A DNA stretch of 44,106 nt from Nemertoderma westbladi (lineage: Eukaryota; Animalia; Xenacoelomorpha), in the NCBI GenBank assembly GCA_032718475.1, contig JAUCBJ010002605.1:1-44106 (forward strand), in the 5' to 3' direction. Of the stretch, positions 21,925 to 33,564 are shown one piece after another. The first letter of the stretch is position 1, and the number at the start of each line of letters is the position of its first letter. The position numbers were made by a program, and so were the translations under genes. The notes under the pieces are model-generated. The model made no database searches, had not been told where the DNA came from, and saw nothing but the letters and a program-made list of their open reading frames with translations.

Positions 21925-24170
21925 AGGTTGGGTGCGGTTAAGTAGACGTGCTTGCTTAGTTTGGTGTGTGGGTGCGGTTAAGTAGACGTGCTTGCTTAGG
22001 TTGGTGGGTGGGTGCAGTTAAGTAGGTGTGCTTATGTGGGGTGGATGGGTGCGGCTTTAGGTGGGTGGGTGGGTGCAGTCAAGTAGTTCTGCTTAGGTAG
22101 ATGGGTGGGTGCGGTTAAGTAGACGTGCTTAGGAGGGTGGGTGGGTGCGGTTGAGTAGGTGTGCTTAGGTGTGTGGGTGGGTGCGGTTAAGTCGATGTGC
22201 TTAGGTGGGTGCGGTTAACTAGGTGTGCTTAGGTAGAAGGTGGGTGCGGGTAAGTATACGTGCTTAGCTGGGTGGGTGGGTGTGGTTAAGTACACGTGCT
22301 TAGGTGGGTGGGTGGGTGCGGTTAAGTCGATGTGCGTAGGTGGGTGCGGCTAACTAGGTGTGCTTAGGTAGGTGGGTGGGTGCGGGTAAGTATACGTGCT
22401 TAGGTGGGTGGGTGGGTACGGTTAAGTCGATGTGCTTAGGTGGGTGGGTGGGTGTTTGCGGTTAAGTAGACGTGCTTAGGTGTGTGGGTGGGTGCGGGTA
22501 AGTAGACGTGCTTGCTTAGTTTGGTGTGTGGGTGCGGTTAAGTAGACGTGCTTGCTTAGGTTGGTGGGTGGGTGCAGTTAAGTAGGTGTGCTTGGGTGGG
22601 GTGGATGGGTGCGGCTTTAGGTGGGTGGGTGGGTGCAGTCAAGTAGTTGTGCTTAGGTAGGTGGGTGGGTGCGGTTAAGTAGACGTGCTTAGGAGGGTGG
22701 GTGGGTGCGGTTGAATAGGTGTGTGGGTGGGTGCGGTTAAGTCGATGTGCTTAGGTGGGTGCGGTTAACTAGGTGTGCTTAGGTAGAAGGTGGGTGCGGG
22801 TAAGTATACGTGCTTAGCTGGGTGGGTGGGTGTGGTTAAGTACACGTGCTTAGGTGGGTGGGTGGGTGCGGTTAAGTCGATGTGCGTAGGTGGGTGCGGC
22901 TAACTAGGTGTGCTTAGGAAGGTGGGTGGGTGCGGGTAAGTATACGTGCTTAGGTGGGTGGGTGGGTGCGGTTAAGTCGATGTGCTTAGGTGGGTGGGTG
23001 GGTGTTTGCGGTTAAGTAGACGTGCTTAGGTGTGTGGGTGGGTGCGGGTAAGTAGACGTGCTTAGGTGTTTGGGTGGGTGTGGTTAAGTAGACGTTCTGA
23101 GGTGGGTGGGTGGGTGTGGTTAAGTCGATGTGCTTAGGTGGGTGCGGTTAACTAGGTGTGCTTAGGTAGGTGGGTGGGTGTGGGTAAGTATACGTGCTTA
23201 GGTGGGTGGGTGGGTGCGGTTAAGTCGATGTGCTTAGGTGGGTGGGTGGGTGTTTGCGGTTAAGTAGACGTGCTTAGGTGTGTGGGTGGGTGCGGGTAAG
23301 TAGACGTGCTTAGGTGTGTGGGTGGGTGTGGTTAAGTAGACGTGCTGAGGTGGGTGGGTGGGTGCGGGTAAGTCGATGTGCTTAGGTGGGTGCGGCTAAC
23401 TAGGTGTGCTTAGGTAGGTGGGTGGGTGCGGGTAAGTATACGTGCTTAGGTGGGTGGGTGGGTGCGGTTAAATCGATGTGCTTAGGTGGGTGGGTGGGTG
23501 TTTGCGGTTAAGTAGACGTGCTTAGGTGTGTGGGTGGGTGCGGGTAAGTAGACGTGCTTAGGTGTGTGGGTGGGCGTGGTTAAGTAGACGTGCTGAGGTG
23601 GGTGGGTGGGTGCGGTTAAGTCGATGTGCTTAGGTGGGTGCGGTTAACTAGGTGTGCTTAGGTAGGTGGGTGGGTGTGGGTAAGAATACGTGCTTAGGTG
23701 GGTGGGTGCCGCTGAGTCGATGTGCTTAGGTGGATGGGTGCGGTTAAGTACACGTGCCTAGGTGTGTGGGTGGGTGCGGTTAAGTAGACGTGTTTAGGTC
23801 GGTGGGTGGGTGCGGGTAAGTAGACGTGCTTATGAGGGCGGGTGGGTGCGGTTAAGTAGGTGTGCTTAGGTGGGTGGGTGGGTGGGTGCGGTTAAGTAGG
23901 TGTGCTTAGATGGGTGGGTGGGTGCGGTTAAGTCGATGTGCTTATGTGGGTGGGTGGGTGTGATTAACTAGACGTGCTTAGGTTGGTGGGTTGGTTTCTG
24001 TTAAGTAGCCGTTCTTAGGAGGGTGGGTGGGTGCAGTAAAGTAGTTGTGCTTAGGTAGGTGGGTGGGTGTGGTTAAGTATACGTGCTTAGGTGGGTAGGT
24101 GGGTGCGGTTAAGTAGGTGTGCTTAGATGGGTGGGTGGGTGCAGTTAAGTCGACGTGCTTAGGTGGATGG
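21925..24170 (+). repeat. GGGT-rich complex satellite (~28-40-bp units)
   Basis: Consensus ggtgggtgggtgcggttaagtagacgtgctta; higher-order periods of ~550-560 and ~248 bp; short related tract at 20815-20960. Confidence 0.95.
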
Positions 24171-24386
24171 GAGGGTACGTGTAAGTAGGTATGTAGGAAT
24201 GGGTATGTAGGAATGGGTATTTAGGAATGGGTATGTAGGAATGGGTATTTAGGAATGGGTATGTATGGTTAAGTACAGTAGGTGTGTAATGATACAGTAG
24301 GTGGGTGGGGGGGGGGGGGGGGGGGGGTAAGTTTAGCAATAACTGTTAAGTAGTATTACCACTTCTCAATAAGGTAGACAGCTGTA

Positions 24387-26360
24387 GGTCAGGTCAGGTA
24401 TTCTAGGTCATTGATCAAGAAAACTTGCCACCTCCATGCAGCATAAAGGAGGTGCCACCTGTAGCTGCATAGACCCTCTTACTAGGGCAAATCTGGTCCT
24501 GTAACTAGGACCCCCTTCGTTCTGGGATAAGGACGCCCTTGGTCCTGGATTAAGGACCCATATACTTGGCTGCAGGGGTATATGGCCTGACCAGGCAGAT
24601 GGTGATCTACCAATGGCTGGTTAGGAGTAGAGTGTTCTCATGTCCACTCTGAGGGCACTTCACTGCGACCTGCACCTGGCAGCAAGGGTACAGGGCATGA
24701 CCCAGCAGATGAGCTGCAACAGCCAATGGTGGGTCATGTACGCCAGAGTAGATATGGGTGATGGGCCTCATATCTGACTCCATTGCGACACCCACCCTGT
24801 GGAATGGCAAACCAGGGTGTGGTATTTGCCCCGAGAGCTGACTCGGCAAAAAAGCACCCCCCAACCCCCACTATGGATTACAATCTATCCCATCATAGTA
24901 GACATGTACCGTACATCAAGAGTCCCACAAGAAATGAAAACAAATAAGTTGGTGCCAGTTCCCAAGAAGGGCAACCTAACACTCTATGGTTCTTTTCGGG
25001 GAATCTCATTGATCTCGATTGCTGCAAAACTATACAATAGAATTCTATTAAATCGCATCAGGGATCCCATTGAGAGACTGCTACGTGGAAATCAGAATGG
25101 GTTCCGTAAAGGTCGTGGGACCATGGAGCCCATTTTGGCACTTAGAAGGATAATTGAAGAGTTATCAAAAAAGAAAGACAGGCATCTGGCTGTTATCTTT
25201 GTTGACTTCTTCAAGGCCTTTGATTCAGTCTCTCGCTCACGTATGTTCAGCATACTTTCATTATATGGGATTCCTGGTGAAATTATTGCAGCAATCAGAT
25301 CAGTATACGATGGTTCGACAACATTTGTGTCTACTGTTGATGGTGACACAGAACCATTTGAAGTGTTATGGGGCGTCCTCCAAGGAGACACACTTGCACC
25401 ATTCTTGTTCATTATTGTGGTTGACTATGTTCTACGCATGTCCTTAGATCATCATAATGATGATGGGGTGATGATAACTCCACCTACTGGCTCCAGAAGT
25501 CGAGGAAATCCTGCCAAGTACCTAACTGATCTAGACTTTGCTGATGACTTAGGAGTACTCTCAGAATCATTAGAGGGAGCCCAGCGGCTCCTCAGCTCAT
25601 TAGAACATGCTGCTTCTAGTGTTGGTCTTTTTATTAACTCCAGAAAGACAAAAATTCTGACAGTTAACTTTGAAAGTCCTCAGCAAGTCTCTGATCGGAT
25701 GAGCATAAGCTCAAAGGATGGTATGCTTGAGCATGTGGACGACTTCTGTTACCTGGGATCATGGATCCGGAAGTCAGGTGAGGACCTTCGAATACGTAAG
25801 GGAAAGGCATGGGCAGCCTTGAATAGGCTTTCCAGGATTTGGAAGTCACCTAGAATTAATCGGAAACTTAAGGTCCGATTATTCAGAGCAGCAGTAGTTC
25901 CAGTACTCCTCTACGGGAGTCCATGCTGGGCTCTAACTGCTGAGGACACCAAATCTCTGGATGGCACATTCACAAGAATGCTACGCCGGGTACATTGTGT
26001 CAAGTACAATGCACACATCTCCAACCAGACACTATATAACATTGGAGGTGTCTCATTGGTTCCCCCAAGCTTGACACTAGAACAAAATCGCCTCCGCTTT
26101 GCAGGACATTGCTTTCGCCGTGAGGACCAGCCAGTGCATAATCTTGTACTTTGGCAGCCTCATGGAGTGAATAAGCATGGTGGACAGCCCATGACTTTCT
26201 TGAGACGCATCTTAAAGGACACTGGCCTTAAAGATGCGGATGATCTAGCAAATGTCATGGGTGATAGGGAGTTGTGGCGGTGCAATTTTGTTGACAAGCC
26301 GGCACAGCATTCTTAAAAATGCAGCTGCAATGCAGCATGCCGATCCTAGTAGTAGTAGTA
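24387..26360 (+). mobile_element. RTE-like non-LTR retrotransposon, internally deleted (no endonuclease)
   Basis: 13-bp TSD gtagacagctgta (24374-24386, 26361-26373); empty site at 21071; 5' (ggtca)n repeats; 3' (agt)n tail. Confidence 0.9.
24799..26316 (+). CDS. LINE reverse transcriptase (RTE-like), RT plus C-terminal domain only
   Basis: PVPKKG, FRGISL, QNGFRKGR, FVDFFKAFDSV, QGDTLAPFLF, LDFADD, FCYLGS, RLRFAGH; first in-frame ATG at 24904. Confidence 0.9.
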   Translation: MEWQTRVWYLPRELTRQKSTPQPPLWITIYPIIVDMYRTSRVPQEMKTNKLVPVPKKGNLTLYGSFRGISLISIAAKLYNRILLNRIRDPIERLLRGNQNGFRKGRGTMEPILALRRIIEELSKKKDRHLAVIFVDFFKAFDSVSRSRMFSILSLYGIPGEIIAAIRSVYDGSTTFVSTVDGDTEPFEVLWGVLQGDTLAPFLFIIVVDYVLRMSLDHHNDDGVMITPPTGSRSRGNPAKYLTDLDFADDLGVLSESLEGAQRLLSSLEHAASSVGLFINSRKTKILTVNFESPQQVSDRMSISSKDGMLEHVDDFCYLGSWIRKSGEDLRIRKGKAWAALNRLSRIWKSPRINRKLKVRLFRAAVVPVLLYGSPCWALTAEDTKSLDGTFTRMLRRVHCVKYNAHISNQTLYNIGGVSLVPPSLTLEQNRLRFAGHCFRREDQPVHNLVLWQPHGVNKHGGQPMTFLRRILKDTGLKDADDLANVMGDRELWRCNFVDKPAQHS

Positions 26361-27033
26361 GTAGACAGCTGTATGTTTACAGTATAGAACGGTCGTAAAA
26401 TAGAGGCGTCCCATTGGATGCTATTTATAGATCCATACCCCTTTTCTTTCCCCTTCTTCCCCCTTTTCTTACGCGCTCTTACCCCCAGCACAGAGAAGAT
26501 CTTCCCCCAGCTCTTGCGCGTACTGCCACTAGTATGTCTCTGTTAGTTGAAACAAAATTGGAACATAATTGAAACATATTAGGAGCCACGTAATGGTGTC
26601 CTACCTGCAATGCTATGTATGCCAGTGAAACAAATTTGAAACAAATTAGGAGGGCCGTAATGATAGTCTACCGGAGAATTGGAACAATGATGGGTTACGG
26701 TGCTGCCTGGGTTTTTTGGCTGAACCAGTGGTGGCACGGATGAGGGGGTAAGAAAAGGGGGAAGGATCTAAAAATAGCACCCAATAGGAAGCTTCTTGCA
26801 TTGCTACGGCTACCGGTAACTTGCTTGGCCTCTAGGCTGGCTCTGGCATAACCCTTATTTTCGCATGCAAATAAAAAAGCGTTTTTGTGCAGTGATGTTT
26901 ACGATATTATAATTAAACTAACGGCACTAACTATCTCACATTTATTTAATAATATATGGTAAAAAAAGCAACCAACCTATTAATTACAATAATTTACAAT
27001 AGTTATCGAATGTTCTAGGATGTAAATACTTAG

Positions 27034-27780
27034 GGTTGCTGCGCGATTAATGTAGTCGCAGTGCTACTAACAATAATCCTATCGGCTGACCTGGACAATA
27101 AACTATTACCGCCAGGGTTTATGCGGTGGCTCTAATATACAGTCAGTATGGCACAAATCGATGGGGAGTTTGAGAAATTGAAAAAAAGATGCTTGTACTA
27201 ATATCAAGACATAGGTTTTGTACTGGCGAATAACGCATTCCTATTCCCAAAATTGCTAACAATCAATCTCTCCCTCAGAGAGAATTCCTGCAATAACCTC
27301 TGCTCCCTCTAGTACAGAGAAGAGACAGAGTCTACAAGGGTCCCGGCAGCCTACGTAATGTAGACGGCTTTAGAAGGAAGGAGATAGTCGAAAGATTACA
27401 GTTTTTATTTGGATGGAAATTTATTCAGAGTTCCTCAGGTCGTTATTATTTATATAATTTATAATATTATATTCAAAATTATACCGTAAACGATATACTA
27501 ATTACTAATATTAAATATGTAGGATTGCCCTATTCTAACATCTAGATTGAGATTACAATACAATGCACAACTTAATTAACTCACACCACCAATAATCAAC
27601 TTACAATAATTCAATAAACCTATTAGTATAGTTACAATCTCTCGATAAATCGAATCACATATTAAATAAGCATAAAACTCAACTGAACTGAAATATATTA
27701 CTTCGTTTACAAATAAATATGAATATAGCACAATAAAGAAAAGGTCGGGATGATCATTGCCACGCGCAGCTGCGCCAACA
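27034..27780. mobile_element. Solo LTR (747 bp), BEL-like
   Basis: 5-bp TSD cttag (27029-27033, 27781-27785); termini gGTTG...CAACA; absent from copy A at ~21650. Confidence 0.75.
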
Positions 27781-28024
27781 CTTAGCAGCATTATTTTATA
27801 GGAAACGATTATCAAAAAACGGTTCTTGTAAAAAAAAGTTTTGGCGAAAACTGTCCCTGCTTTCCGTTTTTGCAAATTTCTGGTACGGCTTGATTGCTCC
27901 GATAATGTTTGCCGTGGAGTCTGAATAAGGTAGAACAAGTAGGGGTGGGTGTGTTTGTTAGGTTCGGGCAGTCGGTGGGGGTAAATAGTGTGTGGGAGGG
28001 TGGGTAGGGGTAGGTGAGTGCGGG

Positions 28025-28263
28025 TACTACAACTACTAGGATCGGCATGCTGCATTGCAGCTGCATTTTTAAGAATGCTGTGCAGGCTTGTCAAAAAAAT
28101 TGCACCGCCACAACTCCCTATCACCCATGACATTTGCTAGATTTTCCGCATCTTCAAGGCCAGTGTCCTTTAAGATGCGTCTCAAGAAAGTCATGGGCTG
28201 TCCACCATGCTTTGCTTATTCACTCCATGAGGCTGCCAAAGTACAAGATTATGCACTGGCTGG
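28025..28263 (-). mobile_element. 5'-truncated RTE-like fragment
   Basis: Reverse complement of ~26127-26360 including the agt tail. Confidence 0.9.
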
Positions 28264-28836
28264 AACTTTTCAGCGTTCTGGTGTTTTACTCTTAACGCAG
28301 CAAAGTACCGTATTGCAGCGTTGCGGCCTATAGGACGAACGTACTTATACTTCTATAACTAACTATCACTAACTTAGTAATAATAATCTCTTAAACACGC
28401 CGTAACTTTGATGTATTAACTGCAATTAATTAGTGATACAAATTAAATGGATATGAATTACATCAATATTTCTAATTATTCCAATATCAAGTAATGAAAA
28501 CTTTAAAAAAATCGGAATTACTCGAACTTTTCTGAGAATTATCTGTTTAGATAAACCAGCCCACACTAAATTACAACTCTTTTCTGGAATACAGTTTAAA
28601 TAAAACGTGCAGCCATAAGCACTAGAACTTCCAATACGGTTGCGTGCATTATTTTAACTGATATTAGGTTTATTTTAAGTCTTATTATACTGTTATACGG
28701 TTACATATCATATTTCAACCTTAATTCAAGTGTCTCAATCTATTTAAATAAACCAGCCATTACATGTAAACTCACGTCTGAGATAAAGTTTAAATAAAAC
28801 ATGCAGCCTTAAGCAATGGAGCTCTCTTATGGTTGC

Positions 28837-29164
28837 CGTGTCTCATTTAGGTGTCTCATTGGTTCCCCCAAGCTTGACACTAGAACAAAATCGCCTTCGC
28901 TTTGCAGGACATTGCTTTCGCCGTGAGGACCAGCCAGTGCATAATCTTGTACTTTGGCAGCCTCATGGAGTGAATAAGCATGGTGGACAGCCCATGACTT
29001 TCTTGAGATGCATCTTAAAGGACATTGGCCTTAAAGATGCGGATGATCTAGCAAATTTCATGGGTGATAGGGAGTTGTGGCGGTGCAATTTTGTTGACAA
29101 GCCGGCACAGCATTCTTAAATATGCAGCTGCAATGCAGCATGCCGATCCTAGTAGTAGTAGTAG
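28837..29164 (+). mobile_element. 5'-truncated RTE-like copy
   Basis: Near-identical to ~26047-26360; 9-bp TSD tatggttgc (28828-28836, 29165-29173); gtgtctcatt duplicated at the 5' junction. Confidence 0.92.
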
Positions 29165-29559
29165 TATGGTTGCATGTTATATTATAATAATAATTATTAT
29201 GTTTTTTTTATGTCATATTTTGGTCAATTAATAAATACAATATTATAAATGGTTAAATTAGTTAGTTAGTTGAATTATTTAAATGATTTAATCCCTTGAA
29301 AATATAAAAGAAATGAAAGTACAATAATTTTTAGTTACTAATTTTATCAAAGACTCTGTTTAATTAATAACTGCAATGAATTGGTTTTATGGCTGCATGT
29401 TTTATATAATCTATAGTTAATTTTGAGAAAGGACAGGCGCCGCATTCTTAGTTCTCACTAACCACAGGTTGTCTGGCTAGATAGCACAAACTTCACACTA
29501 AATATTAGTACAGAGAGACACAAGATCGACAAATGAGACGGTTGTAGTAAAAAGGGCAC

Positions 29560-30355
29560 AACGGACAGACGTATGCAAACTGTACAAATGCTGCCAAACA
29601 TGAAAACTGATACCGTAAATGAAGTCAGAGTCCAAAAAACAGACATTTCCAAGATTTAAGCTTTATAGGGTGTCATATTGTATTTTGACAGACAGATCGA
29701 CTGACAAACGGACGACATAAAACTGTAAAAATGCTGCCAAACATGAAAACTGATACCGTAAATTAAGTCAGAGTCCAAAAAACAGACATTTCCAAGATTT
29801 AAGCTTTATAGGGTGTCATCTTGTATTTTGACAGACAGATCGACTGACAAACGGACGACATAAAACTGTAAAAATGCTGCCAAACATGAAAACTGATACC
29901 ATAAATGATGTCAGAGTCCAAGAAAATAGACATTCTCAAGATTTTAGCATTTGTAGGGTGTCATATTGTATTTTGACAGACAGAACGACTGACAAACGGA
30001 CAGACATACAAAGTTTACAAACGCTGCCAAATATGAAAACTGATACCGTAATTGAAGTCAGAATCCAAAAAAACATACATTCCCAAGATTTAAGATTTGT
30101 AGGGTGTCATATTGTATTTTGACAGACAGATCGACTGACAAACAGACAGAGAGACAGAGGTATACAAACTGTAAAAATGCTTCCAAACATGAAAACTGCT
30201 ACCGTAAATTAAGTCAGAATCCAAGAAAGCAGAATTTCCCAGGATTTTAGCTTTGTAGGGTGTCATATTGTATTTTGACAGACAGATCGACTGACAAACG
30301 GACAGACATAAAACTTTACAAATGCTGCCAAACATGAAAATTGATACCGTAAATA
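29560..30355. repeat. ~143-156-bp tandem repeat (~5.5 copies) with gacagacag microsatellite
   Basis: atgctgccaaacatgaaaac-like starts at 29588, 29731, 29874, 30021, 30177 and 30322; decayed copies at ~31410-31640. Confidence 0.92.
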
Positions 30356-32487
30356 AAATCTGAACTCTAGCTTTATAGCAACCATTATATGCTAAGTTTA
30401 TGATTGTTTACCGAAACTTTGTTGTAATAACTGCAATTAATTAGTGATACAAATTAAATTGGATATTAATTACATCAATATTCCTAGTTATCCCAATAGC
30501 AAAATGAAAACTTTAATAAAATCGAAATTACTCGAACTTTTCTGAGAATAATGTCTATTTAGATAAACCAGCCCCCACGAATTACATTACAAACTCTAGA
30601 CTGGAATATAGTTTAATAAAATGTGCATGGAACTTGAAATAAGCACTGGAAATTTCAATGCGTTGCATGTCTTATTTTAAATAATATTCGGTTTATTTTA
30701 TGTCTAATTACACTGTTATACGGCTGTATGTATATCATATTTCAACCTTAATTCAAGTGCCTCAATCTATTTAGATATACCACCCATTGCATGTAGACTC
30801 ATTCATGTATGAGATGAAGTTTAAATAAAACATGCAGCCATAAGCAATGGAGCTGTCTTGTGGTTGCATGTCATATTAGTGGATCCAACGATCATCTGCA
30901 CTACAGAACGGCTTCTCAAAAAAAAACATAATTCGAAACTCGTATGGTGGAGGCCGACCAAAACAGAAAGTACAATAATACTTGTTTGCAGTGACTTGTA
31001 TTCATTCCTACAGCACGTGCGTAATACGTAATCCGTGTATTAGCTACTGGGTTTGGATGAAAACAACTCTAATAAGCAATCGGTTTCCAATACAATAATC
31101 TGCTTGACCTTTGATAAGTAATGTGATCCGCTAAACCACACAACTTTAATTAGCAATAATGGGATTTCCAGCTTGACTAAGTAATTATAATTTAGCTATC
31201 AGTACATCCGTTATTAGGAACCGAACCGTTGCTGACTGACTGACTAACTGAAATTTGGGGCTATTTTACCTATTTGGGGCGGTAAAAAAGTATATTTGGT
31301 GCGAAAACTCCTGTATTCTGGGATATAATAACTTGTGGTCGAAATTTAATTATGTAAGACTGATCGAAAACAGTTTATATGCCACTAAAAATGAAGTCTG
31401 ATAACGATAAAACACAGATGCCCAAGATTTTAGCTTTGTATGGTGAAATATTCTATTTTGACAGACACATAGGCAGGCAAACGGACAGACATACAGACAG
31501 TCTAGATGCACCAAACATGAAAACCGTAATCGGGAATGAAATCACAGACTAGGAAAACTCCATGCCATAGGTTTTTGCTATGGGTTGAGAGATACTATAT
31601 TATGTAAAACAGATCAACAGACAAACGGTCAGAAGGTCACAATTAATAATATGTTAAAATTAAAATAAATCTGAATTTTCTCGAATTATTCGAGAAATAT
31701 CTACTTAGTTCAATGTTCAACCAACCATTACCTAAAAACTCGCTTCAAAAGTAAAGTTTAAATAAAACATGCAGCCTAAAGCACTGGGACTGTATTATGG
31801 TTGCATGTCTTATTTCATAACTAATGTGCACTGCGCACATGTCGCACTGCGGTATAAAGCTGGAAAATATGTCGCTCTGGCGATTTGTTTGTGCGAAATT
31901 AATTCCATACAATTATTACAAATAAATAAAATGATATTATATATGTATTTTAAAAGCCTTATTTCTTTAATTAAAACATTATGAAATATTATTTTATCAA
32001 TTTAAAATATGAATAAAAAGAAAAATACAATAATTGTTGTATCTAGTAATCTATCAACCCCAGTTTCCGTCCCTCCCTCATGCCGCGTATCCATCCAATC
32101 TCCTTGACTCCTAACTAAAAAAAAGTAAAGTTATCTTTGTACATTATTTCAGGGAATACGCACAAAGAATCACTTATTTCCAGTGCGATTCCCCCAGAAC
32201 TACTGTATTCTGCCTAGAAGAAACTTACTCTTTTAGCGATCGTTTAAGGATGCAAGGCGCATAGATGAAACCGGGTTAACTTGAACCCACGGTAGCCAGA
32301 TATGTTAATTATAGGTAATGGGCTAAACGTCAAGGATATCACAGAGAAATATATCCCTAACATAAATTATATTGTACTAAAACGTTGGGATAATAATATG
32401 GGTATAATATTGTAAAACTTGAGAAAAGTTACCACCATATATATATAAGAATATACAATATAAAAAGATCTTGCTTGCCCTTTTATA

Positions 32488-32660
32488 TCTATATCTATAA
32501 AAATCAAATTGTCTCTCTCTGTCTATCTGTCTGTATATCTGTAAGTCTCTCTGTCAGTCTGTTGTGCTCGAACTCCCTCAAAACGTGGAGGGATTGCACT
32601 GGGACTTGGCGTTGTTATAGGCAATTTTTCGAAAAGTTTAATACAATTTCGGTACTAGTA
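32488..32660 (+). mobile_element. Probable 5' end of a non-autonomous Helitron
   Basis: A|TCTATATCTATAAAAATCAAAT followed by a (ctgt)-type microsatellite, typical of invertebrate non-autonomous Helitron 5' ends; no convincing 3' hairpin-CTAG found. Confidence 0.45.
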
Positions 32661-32734
32661 CTGGGTATATGTTAATTAATTAGTATATTAATGTTAGTTA
32701 TTAATTCTGGTGATGGGGACATAACGGTATTGGG

Positions 32735-33150
32735 CCTTTACTAGAATAAACTCTCTGTTTTAATGCTCGGCTTATCCTGTTATCTGACTCAGCCATGATG
32801 CATGCCTTTCTAGTATCATGAAGCAAGTTTAAATGATGCTGAACTCTGTCAAAGTTATCGGTATCATTAATGATTGGAAGTGACTCTGAGGTTACAACAG
32901 GCAATCTAGGATTACTTCCAAAAAAACGTTGGAAGGGTGAGAATTCCATTGAGTCAACTAGTGTATTCTTTGCTAAAAGTGAATAGTTGAGAATCACATT
33001 TATTGATCAACTAAAATTGTCGATTCTTACCATGGTCAAAATTGACTTAAGGGTTGCATTGCTTCGTTCACAAATACCATTAGAAAAGGGGGAATACCCT
33101 GCAGTAGAATCTACATATATGCCAAAATGCTCATAAAATTCAAAAAGCTC
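32735..33150 (-). pseudogene. Ty1/copia-type integrase core relic
   Basis: FGIYVDSTAGYSPFSNGICERSNATLK..(stop)..AKNTL..FSPFQRFFGSNPRLP..HLNLLHDTRKA..ISRALK. Confidence 0.75.
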
Positions 33151-33564
33151 CATAAATAATGTAAATAATGATAACTTAGGGGATTCTGATTAGTGTGGAG
33201 TGGGTGTTTTATCGCCTATGTTTACTAAATTGATACGCGTATTTCGAACACACAACTTGGCTGAACTATTTTTCAAAATTGTATGTTTTGATTGTATCAA
33301 AATCGCGATGCGATATAGATATTGTACGATAACAAAAATTGTATAATAAATGAAAATTACATTACATGTAAATTCGTAAGGTTTCTTGGTTTCAAACAAA
33401 TTTGTCAACATATTGTCTCTTCAGTTGGTAGTTTATTTTCATTTGGTCTTTGACCAACTTCTTCATAATCTTGCTGCAAGGATCGTCAGGATAGCCTTCG
33501 CATCCAGCGATTGTGACTTGTTGTTTCACTACTGACCCCGATTTCCAGACTATCACTTTCACGT

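Larger units (their letters stand above)
28400..30875. repeat. ~450-bp direct repeats (28400-28836 and 30420-30875) bracketing a tandem array
   Basis: Shared taactgcaattaattagtgatacaaattaaat...ttactcgaacttttctgagaat...aataaaacatgcagcc blocks. Confidence 0.8.

Noticed and set aside
21925-24170. Telomeric TTAGG repeat
   Set aside because: TTAGG occurs once per complex unit, not as a pure tandem tract.
24706-24727. Hammerhead ribozyme in the LINE leader (cagatga-gctg-caa-cagc-caat)
   Set aside because: Both core boxes deviate from CUGANGA and GAAA; stems I and III are not evident.
27576-28133. 185-aa minus-strand ORF
   Set aside because: Crosses an RTE tail, the duplicated unit and a solo LTR; a chance chimera.
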